Below, piece after piece: positions 20,901 through 30,390 of a stretch of 64,000 nt of DNA (its first letter is position 1; the number at the start of each line of letters is the position of its first letter). Under the pieces are notes generated by a model. It saw only the letters and a list, made by a program, of their open reading frames with translations, was not told where the DNA came from and searched no databases. The position numbers were made by a program, and so were the translations under genes. The DNA comes from Candidatus Butyricimonas faecavium (GTDB taxonomy: Bacteria; Bacteroidota; Bacteroidia; Bacteroidales; Marinifilaceae), in assembly GCA_019117165.1 (NCBI GenBank), contig DXAG01000016.1, forward strand, positions 216 to 64,215, written 5' to 3'.

Positions 20901-21310
20901 CTCTGGCTTGTTCATACGAGTTCGGAGGATGGTGGTATAACCAGACGTTAGTTGATAAAATTGAAAATTCAAGTGCGGCTTATAATTTGGATCGTCGGGC
21001 GTTATCACATCGTTGGAGTGAGAATAACCGGGATGCACGTTATAAAGCGATAAAGATGACGAACCAGGATACGGGAATGAGCAGTCGTTTTGCGCAGAAA
21101 CGGAATGAGTTTTCGTTTACGTCTTTGGCAGTCGGTTATCGTTTTGATCCGAAGAATTTTAAATTCTTGCAAGCGTGTCGAATTGCCAGTGTGTCGTTGA
21201 ATGCAACGATGGAAGAACTGGGTAGAATCTCATCCATTAGAACAGAACGAGGATTGGATTACCCGTTTGCTAGAACGTTCAGCGTGTCATTGTCGGTATT
21301 GTTTAATTAA
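17939..21310 (+). CDS. SusC/RagA TonB-dependent transducer with N-terminal STN signalling domain
   Basis: STN and CarboxypepD_reg-like domains, EDVVVTG, PLFVLDGF, LKDAAATAIYGSKASNGV, C-terminal YPFARTFSVSLSVLFN. Confidence 0.95.
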   Translation: MQKKKCLCRDLIIKSICCVFLYALLPVSSVFGQEQDYKKTRVTLNVKDMKLNDVLDTLASVAKVRFFYNHSQVDVNKKVSFNVKDRELDYVLMLALGDQPVSVEYQVNRVVVLKYQKPTQGVTIYKISGIVIDASTKEPLPGASIILKENKGMGVVTDFDGKFFIEVPQGTSALLVSFVGYEEETVNVTGGNMENLEIKLTEKTTEIEDVVVTGMAPRKVESFSGGYVSVKGSELKKISPNNLLKALQVFDPSFRIVENNNAGSNPNAMPEFRLRGDVQLGNGGVDANSMEMMMGDYSQRPNMPLFVLDGFETTLQRIVDLDPERVESITILKDAAATAIYGSKASNGVLVVETKKPLPGALNISYSMNMGISVPDLSDYNLMDAEEKLEYERMAGVFSTTSQLNYYNKYKEEILRGVDTYWLSEPLRTAVTHRHTLTMEGGDEALRYNLGINYSREPGVMKESGRNSMGLNLSLQYRRKKWNIQNQLSLTNVRGDNSPYGSFSQYTKLNPYYRKTDENGRYTSLLDQKKLPGEGGGTVNIVNPLYNLLWKYKDFTENFSVVDNFNIECAILDNLRVSAGASITKGTSRMEVFKSMNHTDFLAEQDLTRKGSYNKSTGDNVSWSVNASVNYNYTKDKHLLSLFGRWNVDESKSNSVNLSAMGFPNDNMDDFLFAYEMEDRVSGTESTSRTVGIIGQVSYMYDMRFSVDFSIRGDLSSQFGANTGMAPFWAAGARWNLHREKWLQNTIISNLVLRGSYGVTGSQSYSPYQAKETYSYDDLLFPYPSSDILGAQLKGMGNPDLGWSTTENRSLAVEIGLWNSRVNASFSYYNNYTDELLLDYNMAPSTGFATKTMNVGAVENEGYDISLSVMPIQDYERQIQWSVSMNGSHNRNVIKKISNEMKAMNQKNLEKKNGSPEAIYEEGKSTTQLFVVPSLGIDPATGQEVFLNRNGEKTYIWDPLDKVAIGDTEPKLRGAVSSAFTYKNWSVSLACSYEFGGWWYNQTLVDKIENSSAAYNLDRRALSHRWSENNRDARYKAIKMTNQDTGMSSRFAQKRNEFSFTSLAVGYRFDPKNFKFLQACRIASVSLNATMEELGRISSIRTERGLDYPFARTFSVSLSVLFN

Positions 21311-21328
21311 AATGAGGAGGAGTACGAG

Positions 21329-22732
21329 ATGAAAAATTTATTATTATCAGCAATTTGCATCGTTTCGTTGTTCTTGTCTTCCTGTCAGAATTGGATTGAT
21401 GTGAATCCGAAAACGGATATTGAGGCCGAAGAGTTCTTCACTTCGGAGGACGGGTTCAAAAGTGCGTTGACCGGGTTGTATAGCATGATGGTACTGGAAA
21501 AATCATACGGGAGGCAGATGACATTTGATTTCGTGGAGAAGTTGGTTCAACGATATGATAATTATGCGGCGGGGTCTGTGACGGATGAGGAACGAGCAGC
21601 TATCTATAAATATGGTGAAACGACAAGTTCTAAAAATGCGATTGCCGAGATCTGGTTGAAGTTGTATAACGAGATTGCGAATATCAATAATTTCTTGCAA
21701 TATCTTGAATCGAACGGGGATGTGATCGTGACAGAGGGGTATCGTGATTTGATGAAGGGGGAGGCGCTAGGGTTACGTGCATTCCACTATTTTGATTTGT
21801 TGCGTTTGTGGGGACCGATTTATTCTCAAGATTCGACAAAAGCGTGTATTCCTTACCGGGAGAAGTTCAATTCTGAGAGCGCACCGTTGATGGCGGCTAA
21901 CGAAGTGATGAAGCGTATTGTTGCCGATTTGAAGGCTGCTGAAGAGTTATTGAAGAATGATCCGTTGAATTATGATAATGTTGCGAACGAGCCTTTTGTC
22001 GGGGAGCGTAAGCATCGCATGAATAAGTATGCAGTTAAGGCTATGTTAGCCCGAGTATACTTGTATATGGGAAATAAGGCACAAGCAGCGAGTTATGCTC
22101 GGGAGGTAATTAATAATTCCGGGTTACGGCTTGTACGTGACAACAGGGAAGATGTGTCTTTGTATGGGGAGACTATTTTCGGACTTTCCATGTATAATAT
22201 GGAGGAGAAGTTGTCTGCTTACTGGAAAGATGCTACCACTTTCGACACGCAGTATTATATTTCTCGAACCAATATTTCGTCCGTGTTTGAAACAAATTCG
22301 GGGATTGGGTTGAATGATATGCGTTATCGCTCGAATTATGGTTTTATTCATACTTCCGGGAATAGTTTCCTTTGTCGCAAATATTTAGGCAGTGGACTGT
22401 ATGGAGAGAAAATCCCGTTGATCCGTTTGGCTGAAATGTACTATATATTAGCTGAATCGGTAGCCTTGTCTGAATGTGGGCAGTATATTAATGCGGTGAA
22501 GAATGCCAGAGGTATTTCTCGGGCATATGATGTCGGTACGAATGTGACCGAAGAGCAACGTTTGGAGGAATTGAATAAAGAGTATCAGAAAGAGTTTTTT
22601 GCTGAAGGACAGTATTTTTACTTCCTGAAGAGGCATAACATGAAAACTTTCTACCGTTGTCCCGTGGAGAATTTTTCAGCTTACGTGTTACCGGTTCCGG
22701 ATGACGAAAAAACATATGGAGAGGCTGAGTAA
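21329..22732 (+). CDS. SusD/RagB lipoprotein
   Basis: Lipobox LSSC; GEALGLRAFHYFDLLRLWG, IRLAEMYYILAE, EFFAEGQ. Confidence 0.93.
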   Translation: MKNLLLSAICIVSLFLSSCQNWIDVNPKTDIEAEEFFTSEDGFKSALTGLYSMMVLEKSYGRQMTFDFVEKLVQRYDNYAAGSVTDEERAAIYKYGETTSSKNAIAEIWLKLYNEIANINNFLQYLESNGDVIVTEGYRDLMKGEALGLRAFHYFDLLRLWGPIYSQDSTKACIPYREKFNSESAPLMAANEVMKRIVADLKAAEELLKNDPLNYDNVANEPFVGERKHRMNKYAVKAMLARVYLYMGNKAQAASYAREVINNSGLRLVRDNREDVSLYGETIFGLSMYNMEEKLSAYWKDATTFDTQYYISRTNISSVFETNSGIGLNDMRYRSNYGFIHTSGNSFLCRKYLGSGLYGEKIPLIRLAEMYYILAESVALSECGQYINAVKNARGISRAYDVGTNVTEEQRLEELNKEYQKEFFAEGQYFYFLKRHNMKTFYRCPVENFSAYVLPVPDDEKTYGEAE

Positions 22733-22756
22733 TCATTTAAACGCAAAGTATAGAAT

Positions 22757-23710
22757 ATGAGAAATATATATGTTATTATAAGTGTTTTGTTATTCTCTTT
22801 AGCGGCGTGTCAGGAAAAGGAGATTCTCGGCTATTCGATAGAACGGGATGGCTTACAATTCGATTATGACACGAATAAAATGAGAGTGACGGTTGATTTT
22901 ATGCAAGAGTATAGAACGGATACGACGTGGTATTCCGGGATCCCGGGTGAAGGTGGTTATTACACGCAGAGACGGTATACCGGTGATTCTTTGTTGAAAA
23001 AGAAGATACAGTTGAATTTATCCATGATGGGACACGCCGTGGATTATGATCGAGAATTTCGGTTAAAGGCGGTGGTGGCAGAAGGTACGGATGAAGTGGC
23101 AAAAACTTTTTTGGAGTTTGAACCTTCGTACGTGTTTCGTGCCGGGCAACTGAGAGATACGGTAGAAGTGTACGTGTTGAATCCGGTAGCCCGTGTAAAT
23201 TACACGATTGGAATTGTTTTGGATGAGGAGAATTCGGATCCTTCCTTGGAGTTGGGAGCGAAGGAGAAGAGTGAGTATCAAGTGTTATTGAGTAATCGGT
23301 ATCCACAGCCGTCTCAATGGGATGCGAGTGTTGTTGGAGATTTCAGCGAGGACAAGTATGCATTCATGGTAACCATTTTGGGAAAATTGTATGATCCTTG
23401 GGCTGATTGGAGTTCTGATATTGCTGTTTTACTTGAGGCTTTGAATGAATACAACGCTTCGCATCCCGGAGAGGAGAAAGATTTTACATTCCCGGAACCG
23501 CCGGCTCCTGTTTGGTGGAGTAATTTTGAACATATGCTCGGGGAATATTCAATGGCTAAAGATCAATTTATGAAGGAGGCTTTAGGGTATGATTATAACT
23601 ATTTCGGTTGGTGGTGGGTAGAGGACAAGAGAGGAACGAACCAACGCTTGCGGGATGCCTATGACCAATATAACGCTGAACATCCGAATGATCCATTACC
23701 GTTTGAGTAG
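22757..23710 (+). CDS. DUF4843-like lipoprotein with duplicated C-terminal module
   Basis: Lipobox LAAC; DYDREF; P..W...G.(F/Y)S..K..FM...YN..HP occurs twice. Confidence 0.75.
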   Translation: MRNIYVIISVLLFSLAACQEKEILGYSIERDGLQFDYDTNKMRVTVDFMQEYRTDTTWYSGIPGEGGYYTQRRYTGDSLLKKKIQLNLSMMGHAVDYDREFRLKAVVAEGTDEVAKTFLEFEPSYVFRAGQLRDTVEVYVLNPVARVNYTIGIVLDEENSDPSLELGAKEKSEYQVLLSNRYPQPSQWDASVVGDFSEDKYAFMVTILGKLYDPWADWSSDIAVLLEALNEYNASHPGEEKDFTFPEPPAPVWWSNFEHMLGEYSMAKDQFMKEALGYDYNYFGWWWVEDKRGTNQRLRDAYDQYNAEHPNDPLPFE

Positions 23711-23763
23711 TTCCCTGTTATATGAAAGAAAGATTATTCTATGGTTTATAAAATAGAAAAACA

Positions 23764-25383
23764 ATGAAAAGATTAATATTTATAGTCGGATTTGTTGCGT
23801 GGTTTCTTGTCGGATGTTATGATGATAAAGGGAATTACGACTACAAAGAAATAAATACGATTGATGGACTTATGTTTATGCCAACCCCGATTGTTGTGGA
23901 GGAAGGTAACTCGTATAGGTATGAATATCGTCAACCGGCACAGGAAGAATTAAAGGTAACTTATTCCCCGGTTTTTACTCAAAGTATGGTAGAAGGAGAG
24001 GATAATGTGGAGTATTTGTGGACGGTGGCGTATAAGGAGGGTTCTGAGAATGTTGTTGATAGTGTGTTTACGAAAGAATTGGAACTGGCTTACCCTCCGA
24101 AGCAAGCAACTAAATATAATGTCAAATTCCGCTTGAGTGATAAGAGAACGGGAGTTGATCATTATCGTGATTTTATCATGACGACTAAAGTTCCGTTTGT
24201 GAATTCATGGTTTATCTTGAATGGACCGGAAAATGACAGAAAGTTATCTACGGTGGAAGAACCGGATTCAACGAATCCGATCATCAGTTATGATGCTTAT
24301 AAAGATTTGTGGAATAGGGAACGATTTCAAAAAGCGGAGGCTTTGTCGTACGTGAATTTCCTTACTCTTTCGGATGGAATGGATAAGTGTGAAAGTTTGT
24401 ATGTCGTTCAGCGTGATTCTGTTGCTTTGATGTTGCCTTTCGTGTTGGAAGACAGGAAAGATTCCAGATCGTTATTTGCCCCTGGCGCTAATCCCAGTAA
24501 TTTAGTTTATAGTGAATCTCACCCGATGAGCAGGTATGCTATTGCGGTGGATAATAATGGCAAATTTTATCATTCGGGAGGAAGTGGATATTATTTTACC
24601 GGTTTGACAGAAGCTGATGTGCAGAATTACGTGATCGATAAAATTTATATGAGTAGAAGTGGGTTTACCACGATTTGGGATAAAATGAATCGAAAATTCA
24701 TGTCGTTTAATCCTGCTGAAAACCGGTGTTACGATATTCCAAGTCCCGATGGGAGTTACCCGCAGAATGCAGTTGAGTCGAATACGGTAGAGATAAGCGA
24801 TTTCCCGGTTGAAGGATTGTCCGAGGAGGTTGATGGGGTGACTCATCTTATGGAGATTTTGTGGTTAGGTCAAGGGATTACTTCGGGATCAGAGGAAACT
24901 GGTGCAACGGCTATTGGCGTGATGGCGGATACCAGCTATGTTTTTTATATAGAGGCTAGTGACAAAGAAAAATCAATGAGAGCAGACGAATCTCCGATTA
25001 AGGTGAAGAGGGTGAATCTGGGAGAACTCGGATTTGACCAGAATACTTGTTTTGCTACATCTTCTGCTTATGCTGAACAGTTCTTTTACACGAAGGAGAG
25101 TAAGGTGTTTTTGTTTAACACGGTAAGTAAAGAGTCGATAGAATTGTATGATGCGGGGGACGTGATTACGAAATTAAAGTTCAGGTCTGACGTTGATGCT
25201 TCTTTCCCGGATAATTCTTCCCCGTATCGTTGTTTGGGAATTGTTGTGAATGCGGCTGGTGCTGGTGAATTGCATGAGGTTATTCTAGATGAGGCAGGAG
25301 ATTTCGTGACGTCGCACACATTTACCGGTTTTGGGGAGATAAAAGATTTGATTTATACAACAGTAATGCGAGTAATTCAATAG
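23764..25383 (+). CDS. PKD-like family surface lipoprotein
   Basis: GCYDDKGNYDYKEIN N-terminus typical of PKD-like lipoproteins; beta-rich; C-terminal FTGFGEIKDL. Confidence 0.8.
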   Translation: MKRLIFIVGFVAWFLVGCYDDKGNYDYKEINTIDGLMFMPTPIVVEEGNSYRYEYRQPAQEELKVTYSPVFTQSMVEGEDNVEYLWTVAYKEGSENVVDSVFTKELELAYPPKQATKYNVKFRLSDKRTGVDHYRDFIMTTKVPFVNSWFILNGPENDRKLSTVEEPDSTNPIISYDAYKDLWNRERFQKAEALSYVNFLTLSDGMDKCESLYVVQRDSVALMLPFVLEDRKDSRSLFAPGANPSNLVYSESHPMSRYAIAVDNNGKFYHSGGSGYYFTGLTEADVQNYVIDKIYMSRSGFTTIWDKMNRKFMSFNPAENRCYDIPSPDGSYPQNAVESNTVEISDFPVEGLSEEVDGVTHLMEILWLGQGITSGSEETGATAIGVMADTSYVFYIEASDKEKSMRADESPIKVKRVNLGELGFDQNTCFATSSAYAEQFFYTKESKVFLFNTVSKESIELYDAGDVITKLKFRSDVDASFPDNSSPYRCLGIVVNAAGAGELHEVILDEAGDFVTSHTFTGFGEIKDLIYTTVMRVIQ

Positions 25384-25385
25384 AT

Positions 25386-26486
25386 ATGTACAAGTTATTT
25401 AGTCAATTGTTTATAATGGCTTTTTTCCTTTTCCCCGGATTATCTTTCGGGGAAGGAAAGAAGTTTACGATTAACGGGAAGATACCGGAAATGCCATCGG
25501 GTAGAATGATAGTGATTACCCAATTGGTGGATCGAGTGGATACGCTGGGGCAAGGAGATATTCGGGAAGGAAAGTTCGTGGTGGAAGGAGAAATGAATGA
25601 ACCTTGTGTTGCGTTGATTTATGTGGAAGGGTATGGTGGGGGCTTTGTTTTTATTTTGGATTCGGATGCACCTTACGAGATGGAATTGTTCCAATCTGGT
25701 AAAAGCGTGATTAAAGGAGGAAAATTACAGAGTGAGTTAATAGCATACCAAGGAATTGTTGCCGAAGAAAACGAAAAGATTAAGGCTGCCCGAACAAAGT
25801 TGGAGGAGGCGAGAGAGGCGAAACATTACCGTACAGCAAGTGAATTGCAGAAGAAATTAAATCAAGTGATGGAAGATGCACAATCTCGTTTAGGAAAGGT
25901 GGTAGAGAGAAATAAAGATAACGTGTTTGCAGCTTATATCCAGACGGCAGGTATGGAACATTTGGATTTGAATCGCTTGAGAGAGTGCTATGCAAGTCTG
26001 ACGGATAAAGCAAAGGCGACAGGTCCCGGTAGGTTGGTGGCAGCTCGAATTCGGGCGTTGGAAGGGGTTGATGTAAATGCTGTTGCCCCGGATTTTACGC
26101 TACAAACACCGGAAGGGAAGGATATTGCCTTGTATGATGTGAAAGGGAAACTGAAGATCATCGATTTTTGGGCGTCTTGGTGTGGTCCGTGTCGAATGGA
26201 GAACCAGAATATGGTGAAATTGTATGCTGAATTTAAAGATAAAGGTTTGTCCGTGATCAGTGTTTCCTTGGACGAAAAAAAGGATAAGTGGTTGGAAGCA
26301 ATCAAGAAAGACGGGTTGACTTGGTTGCATCTTTCTGATCTGAAAGGATGGCAGGGCGACGTGATAAAAAAATACAATATAGATGCTGTTCCAACTATTT
26401 TCGTGTTGGATGAAAATAATCGTATTGTTGCTAAAAATCTGAGAGGAGAGAAATTGAGGGCTTTTGTCTCTGAGCGATTGAAATAA
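25386..26486 (+). CDS. TlpA-like thioredoxin with DUF4369 N-domain
   Basis: Signal peptide; IIDFWASWCGPCRMEN; AVP. Confidence 0.9.
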   Translation: MYKLFSQLFIMAFFLFPGLSFGEGKKFTINGKIPEMPSGRMIVITQLVDRVDTLGQGDIREGKFVVEGEMNEPCVALIYVEGYGGGFVFILDSDAPYEMELFQSGKSVIKGGKLQSELIAYQGIVAEENEKIKAARTKLEEAREAKHYRTASELQKKLNQVMEDAQSRLGKVVERNKDNVFAAYIQTAGMEHLDLNRLRECYASLTDKAKATGPGRLVAARIRALEGVDVNAVAPDFTLQTPEGKDIALYDVKGKLKIIDFWASWCGPCRMENQNMVKLYAEFKDKGLSVISVSLDEKKDKWLEAIKKDGLTWLHLSDLKGWQGDVIKKYNIDAVPTIFVLDENNRIVAKNLRGEKLRAFVSERLK

Positions 26487-26505
26487 GGTTTGTGTTTTGA
26501 AATGT

Positions 26506-26541
26506 AAGGGGAATCCGATAGGTAAAATTGGATTCCCTTTT
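26506..26541. terminator. Terminator between convergent locus 1 and yfcC
   Basis: AAGGGGAATCCGAT/ATTGGATTCCCTTT stem plus T run. Confidence 0.7.
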
Positions 26542-26583
26542 AATTATAAGAAGATGATGAATTTACATGGACCTTTTTTACCA

Positions 26584-28182
26584 TTAAAACCCATTCAACT
26601 GTATTGTTGCGGTGGGAATTAATAGTACGAAGCCGATAACGACAAGTAGCAAGATAAATTTCCAGAAGAACTTCACCCAGATGTCGTAAGGAATACGAGC
26701 AATTCCTAGAGCTCCGATCAATACGCCGGAAGTCGGGGTGATCATATTCGTGAACCCGTCTCCGAATTGGAAAGCCATTACGGTAGCTTGCCGGGATAAT
26801 CCGATCACGTCGGAAAAAGGAGCCATGATTGGCATGGTAAGAGCTGCTTTGGCAGAACCTGACGGGATGATAATGTTGATCATTGTTTGTATCAAGTACA
26901 TGATTCCTAAAGAGAGTACACGCCCGGCCTCACTCATCAGGCTTGCCAGCGAGTGAAGGATTGGATCTATAATATGGCCTTCTTGTAAAATAATGATAAT
27001 ACCCCCTGCTAAACCTACTACCAATGCGGCAGAAAGAATATCTTTGACTCCGGCGATAAAAAGCTTAACAATGTTATCTGCATTTTCTTTTGCTGCAAAG
27101 CCGGAAAGTATTCCCATGGCAAGGAATAATCCAGATATTTCAGGCAGATACCATCCGTAACCCATCACACCCACGATTAAGAAAAGAATCGTGAAGCCTA
27201 GGATCGTTAGGATAAAAAAATGGAAAGATTTCCGTAAAGAAAAATACCCGATTAAGGCGAATAGTATGGTTAATGCCGGAACAATAAACGTGGTTAGACT
27301 GGAATGCTCCCCGATGGATAGTGTCGTGCGGGGAAAATAACAAGAGAAAAGTACTAGGCCGGTGAGGATAAAAAGGTAGACTAACCAAGATGAAGTGTAA
27401 CTTTTGTATTCTATTTCTTGCGTGTTGTCCACTTTTTCTTGTCTCCAATGACTATCCAAATTGTAGACGAGTGAAGCCTTGGGATTCCTCTTAACTTTTG
27501 CCGCATAGCGTAATACCCAAGCAATCATAATTACATTGAGTATGGCCCAACAGAAAAGCCGGTATTCGAAACCGGAAAATAACGGTAAGTCTGATAAACC
27601 TTGTGCGATGCCTATTGTGAAGGGATTCAAGATAGCTCCTGCAAACCCAACATGGGCGGCGACATAGACCATACATACTCCTGTGAGAGAATCGTACCCC
27701 ATGGATATTGCCAAAGGAACGATAATAATGACAAAAGCGAGCGTTTCTTCGCTCATGCCGAAGATAGCTCCGAAACAACTGAACAGAAGCATAACCATGG
27801 TGATAATGATATTATTGACACCTAGTTTTCGGACAATCCCAATATGTTCTAATTTTTGTGTGGAGCGTAAAAAGGAGAAAATTCCCACGTCAATGGCTTT
27901 GCTATTATTCATGATCCAGAAAGCTCCTCCGATAATCAGTATAAAAGCGACTATGCCAGCTTGTTTTTCGAACCCGTTGAAAAGAGCTGAAAATACCTGC
28001 CACGTTTGCGGGCTTTTGGCAACCTCGTGAAATGAATCGTTCACGATCACGGTTCGTTCTACTCCATTGACGTTGACTGTTTCCCGTGCATATTCCCCGC
28101 CCGGGATAATCCACGTTAGGATGGCACAGATAATAATGATCGAGAATACAATGGTGTAGGTATGCGGGACTTTTTTTAGCAT
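26584..28182 (-). CDS. YfcC-family membrane transporter (anaerobic C4-dicarboxylate or basic amino-acid antiporter-like)
   Basis: PHTYTI, WIIPGGEY, GMSEE, NPFTIGIAQ, PSGSAKA, FQFGDGFTNMITPT. Confidence 0.88.
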   Translation of the reverse strand: MLKKVPHTYTIVFSIIIICAILTWIIPGGEYARETVNVNGVERTVIVNDSFHEVAKSPQTWQVFSALFNGFEKQAGIVAFILIIGGAFWIMNNSKAIDVGIFSFLRSTQKLEHIGIVRKLGVNNIIITMVMLLFSCFGAIFGMSEETLAFVIIIVPLAISMGYDSLTGVCMVYVAAHVGFAGAILNPFTIGIAQGLSDLPLFSGFEYRLFCWAILNVIMIAWVLRYAAKVKRNPKASLVYNLDSHWRQEKVDNTQEIEYKSYTSSWLVYLFILTGLVLFSCYFPRTTLSIGEHSSLTTFIVPALTILFALIGYFSLRKSFHFFILTILGFTILFLIVGVMGYGWYLPEISGLFLAMGILSGFAAKENADNIVKLFIAGVKDILSAALVVGLAGGIIIILQEGHIIDPILHSLASLMSEAGRVLSLGIMYLIQTMINIIIPSGSAKAALTMPIMAPFSDVIGLSRQATVMAFQFGDGFTNMITPTSGVLIGALGIARIPYDIWVKFFWKFILLLVVIGFVLLIPTATIQLNGF

Positions 28183-28269
28183 AATGGATTCTGTTTTTAG
28201 ATTGAGGGTTCAAATTTACAAATATTTGTGAGAGAGCAATAAAATGTGACTTGGAATTCTTAAATTTGC

Positions 28270-28860
28270 ATGAAAGAAGTAAATCATAACCATATGGATT
28301 CACGTTTGCAGGATAATTTGAACGTTTATGTACATCGGGACTATATAAATTTGGGGCGGGATATAAAAGTTGGTATTTGTGATGATATCGTGAATCTTGT
28401 TTCTTCCGGAGGCTTTCCGAGTTCAATTACGATTGGAGACGTGCTGGTTGGCCGTTCTGAGGTAAGGAATAAGGTGATTGCCCGTGTTTTTATATATCGA
28501 GCAATGGGGTAGTGAAATAAAGAATATTTTTATGGTGCGAAGAGGCAAGGGTTGTAAAACCATTGATTACGGAGAAAGGGGATTTCGTGGGTGTTGAGTT
28601 GTATCGGAAATACACGAGTGTCCAAGAAAAGGTGAAGTGTATTTTGGGAAAAAGCAAATAGATATATTGTATTTTTGTTTGGAGCCAAGAACTAGTAAAG
28701 ACGTGTTGGGTTATTTAGGCGTAATTAATCATTCGAAAAGTAGAAGGTTACATGTAACTGGATTAGTTCAACTCGGATTGTTGGCCCGGACGATATCGGA
28801 AAACCCTAACGACGGGAACTAAAAATACATGACAACAGAGGCAAGAAAATTATACATAGA
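28270..28860 (+). pseudogene. Decayed remnant of a RecG-like C-terminal (HATPase_c_4) ATP-binding protein with Fic-type C-terminal wHTH
   Basis: VHRDY..DDIVNLVSSGGFP..RSEVRNKVIARVF, then IEQWGS and KPLITEKGDFVGVELYR in other frames, then LLARTISENPNDGN*KY. Confidence 0.7.
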
Positions 28861-28865
28861 AGAAA

Positions 28866-29603
28866 ATGATAACAGAAGAAAAACAAGATAAAGTATTTAC
28901 CCGGGGGGTGTTTCGAAAGGTGGGGAAAGCGATACATGATTATTATTTAATAGAGGATGGAGATCGGATTCTGGTAGGTGTATCGGGTGGTAAGGATTCG
29001 TTGGCGTTATTAGAGATATTGGCCATGCGAGCCAAGGATCCGAAACAGAATTACACGGTTATTGCGGCTCATATTGCGGTGGAGGATGTTGCTTACGAAG
29101 TGGATGGAGAGTATTTGAGGGCTTTCTGTGAACGTCTAGGTGTGGAGTATGTTTACCGAACAATTCGGGTAGATACAACAGTGAACCCCAAGAAACCGGC
29201 TTGTTTCGTATGTTCATGGTATCGGCGTAAGATGCTTTTCGATATAGCCAAAGAGTATGATTGTAAAAAACTGGCATTGGGACATCACCGGGATGATGCC
29301 GTGGAGAGTCTTTTGATGAGTATGTTGTTTAATGGGACGATTTGCAGTATGCCTGCCCGGTTGGAAATGTTCAAGAATACTTTTACGCTTATTCGTCCGT
29401 TAATCTATCTTTCGAATGACGAGACTTCACGATATGCAGAAATGCGGCAGTTTAAAAAGCAGAAAAAACATTGTCCTCATGAAAAGGCAACAAATCGGGA
29501 TGCCGTGAGTAAGTTACTTGATCAGATGGAAATCATTTCTCCCCATGCTCGGAGTAATTTGTTTGCGGCAATGCAAAATATTCGGGAGGATTACTTGCCT
29601 TGA
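28866..29603 (+). CDS. ttcA: TtcA-family PP-loop ATPase (tRNA 2-thiocytidine synthesis-like)
   Basis: VGVSGGKDS, PACFVC, LALGHHRDD, IRPL. Confidence 0.85.
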   Translation: MITEEKQDKVFTRGVFRKVGKAIHDYYLIEDGDRILVGVSGGKDSLALLEILAMRAKDPKQNYTVIAAHIAVEDVAYEVDGEYLRAFCERLGVEYVYRTIRVDTTVNPKKPACFVCSWYRRKMLFDIAKEYDCKKLALGHHRDDAVESLLMSMLFNGTICSMPARLEMFKNTFTLIRPLIYLSNDETSRYAEMRQFKKQKKHCPHEKATNRDAVSKLLDQMEIISPHARSNLFAAMQNIREDYLP

Positions 29604-29787
29604 TTGTAATTTTTTAGTGATTTATATGCTGAGATATCGAAACGAGGATTAGAATGATTTTAAATTAACCTCTTCTTTTCCGCTTGTGGCGTGTGAAAGA
29701 TAGTTTTTTCTGTATCAGATAAATGGCATTAAATTTTTAAATTGAAAATATTTGTGGGGAAAAATTGTTTTATTCAAAAAAAGGTCC

Positions 29788-29881
29788 TAATTTTGTCTTC
29801 AGGAGGTGAGGATTCCAGAGAGGATGGAATTCTTAACTAGATAAAGGCACTTATTGGAGGATAAGTGTCATTTATTTTTTT
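29788..29881 (+). promoter_or_regulatory. greA promoter and structured leader with terminator-like hairpin
   Basis: TAATTTTG 29788-29795; hairpin 29808-29834; GGCACTTAT/ATAAGTGTC plus T run 29846-29881. Confidence 0.5.
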
Positions 29882-29913
29882 ATGTATGAATCAATATTTT
29901 AATAAAATATGTT

Positions 29914-30390
29914 ATGACAAAGAAGGTATCTTATGTAACCAAAGAAGGGCTGAAAAAATTGCAGGATGAATTGGACAATCTGCAGAATGTAGAGCGCCCT
30001 AAGATTTCTAAGGCAATAGGGGAAGCTATTGAAAAAGGAGATATCTCCGAAAATGCAGAGTACGATGCGGCGAAGGATGCCCAAGGATTATTGGAGGCTA
30101 AAATCGCTCAGCTACAAGATATAATCTCCAATTGTCGGATTATTGACGAGTCGCAGATAGATACGTCAAAAGTTCAGATATTGAATAAAGTGACGATCAA
30201 AAACACGAAAACGAAAGCAACAATGACTTATACATTGGTGTCAGAGAGTGAAGCTGATTTCAAGGCTGGAAAGTTGTCTATCACGACTCCGATAGCTAAG
30301 GCGTTGATTGGGAAAAAGCTGGGTGACAAGGTGGAAGTACAGGTCCCGGCAGGATTGATGGAGTTTGAGATCATGGATATTTCAATTTAA
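29914..30390 (+). CDS. greA: Transcription elongation factor GreA
   Basis: KGDISENAEYDAAKDAQ, SITTPIAKALIGK. Confidence 0.96.
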   Translation: MTKKVSYVTKEGLKKLQDELDNLQNVERPKISKAIGEAIEKGDISENAEYDAAKDAQGLLEAKIAQLQDIISNCRIIDESQIDTSKVQILNKVTIKNTKTKATMTYTLVSESEADFKAGKLSITTPIAKALIGKKLGDKVEVQVPAGLMEFEIMDISI

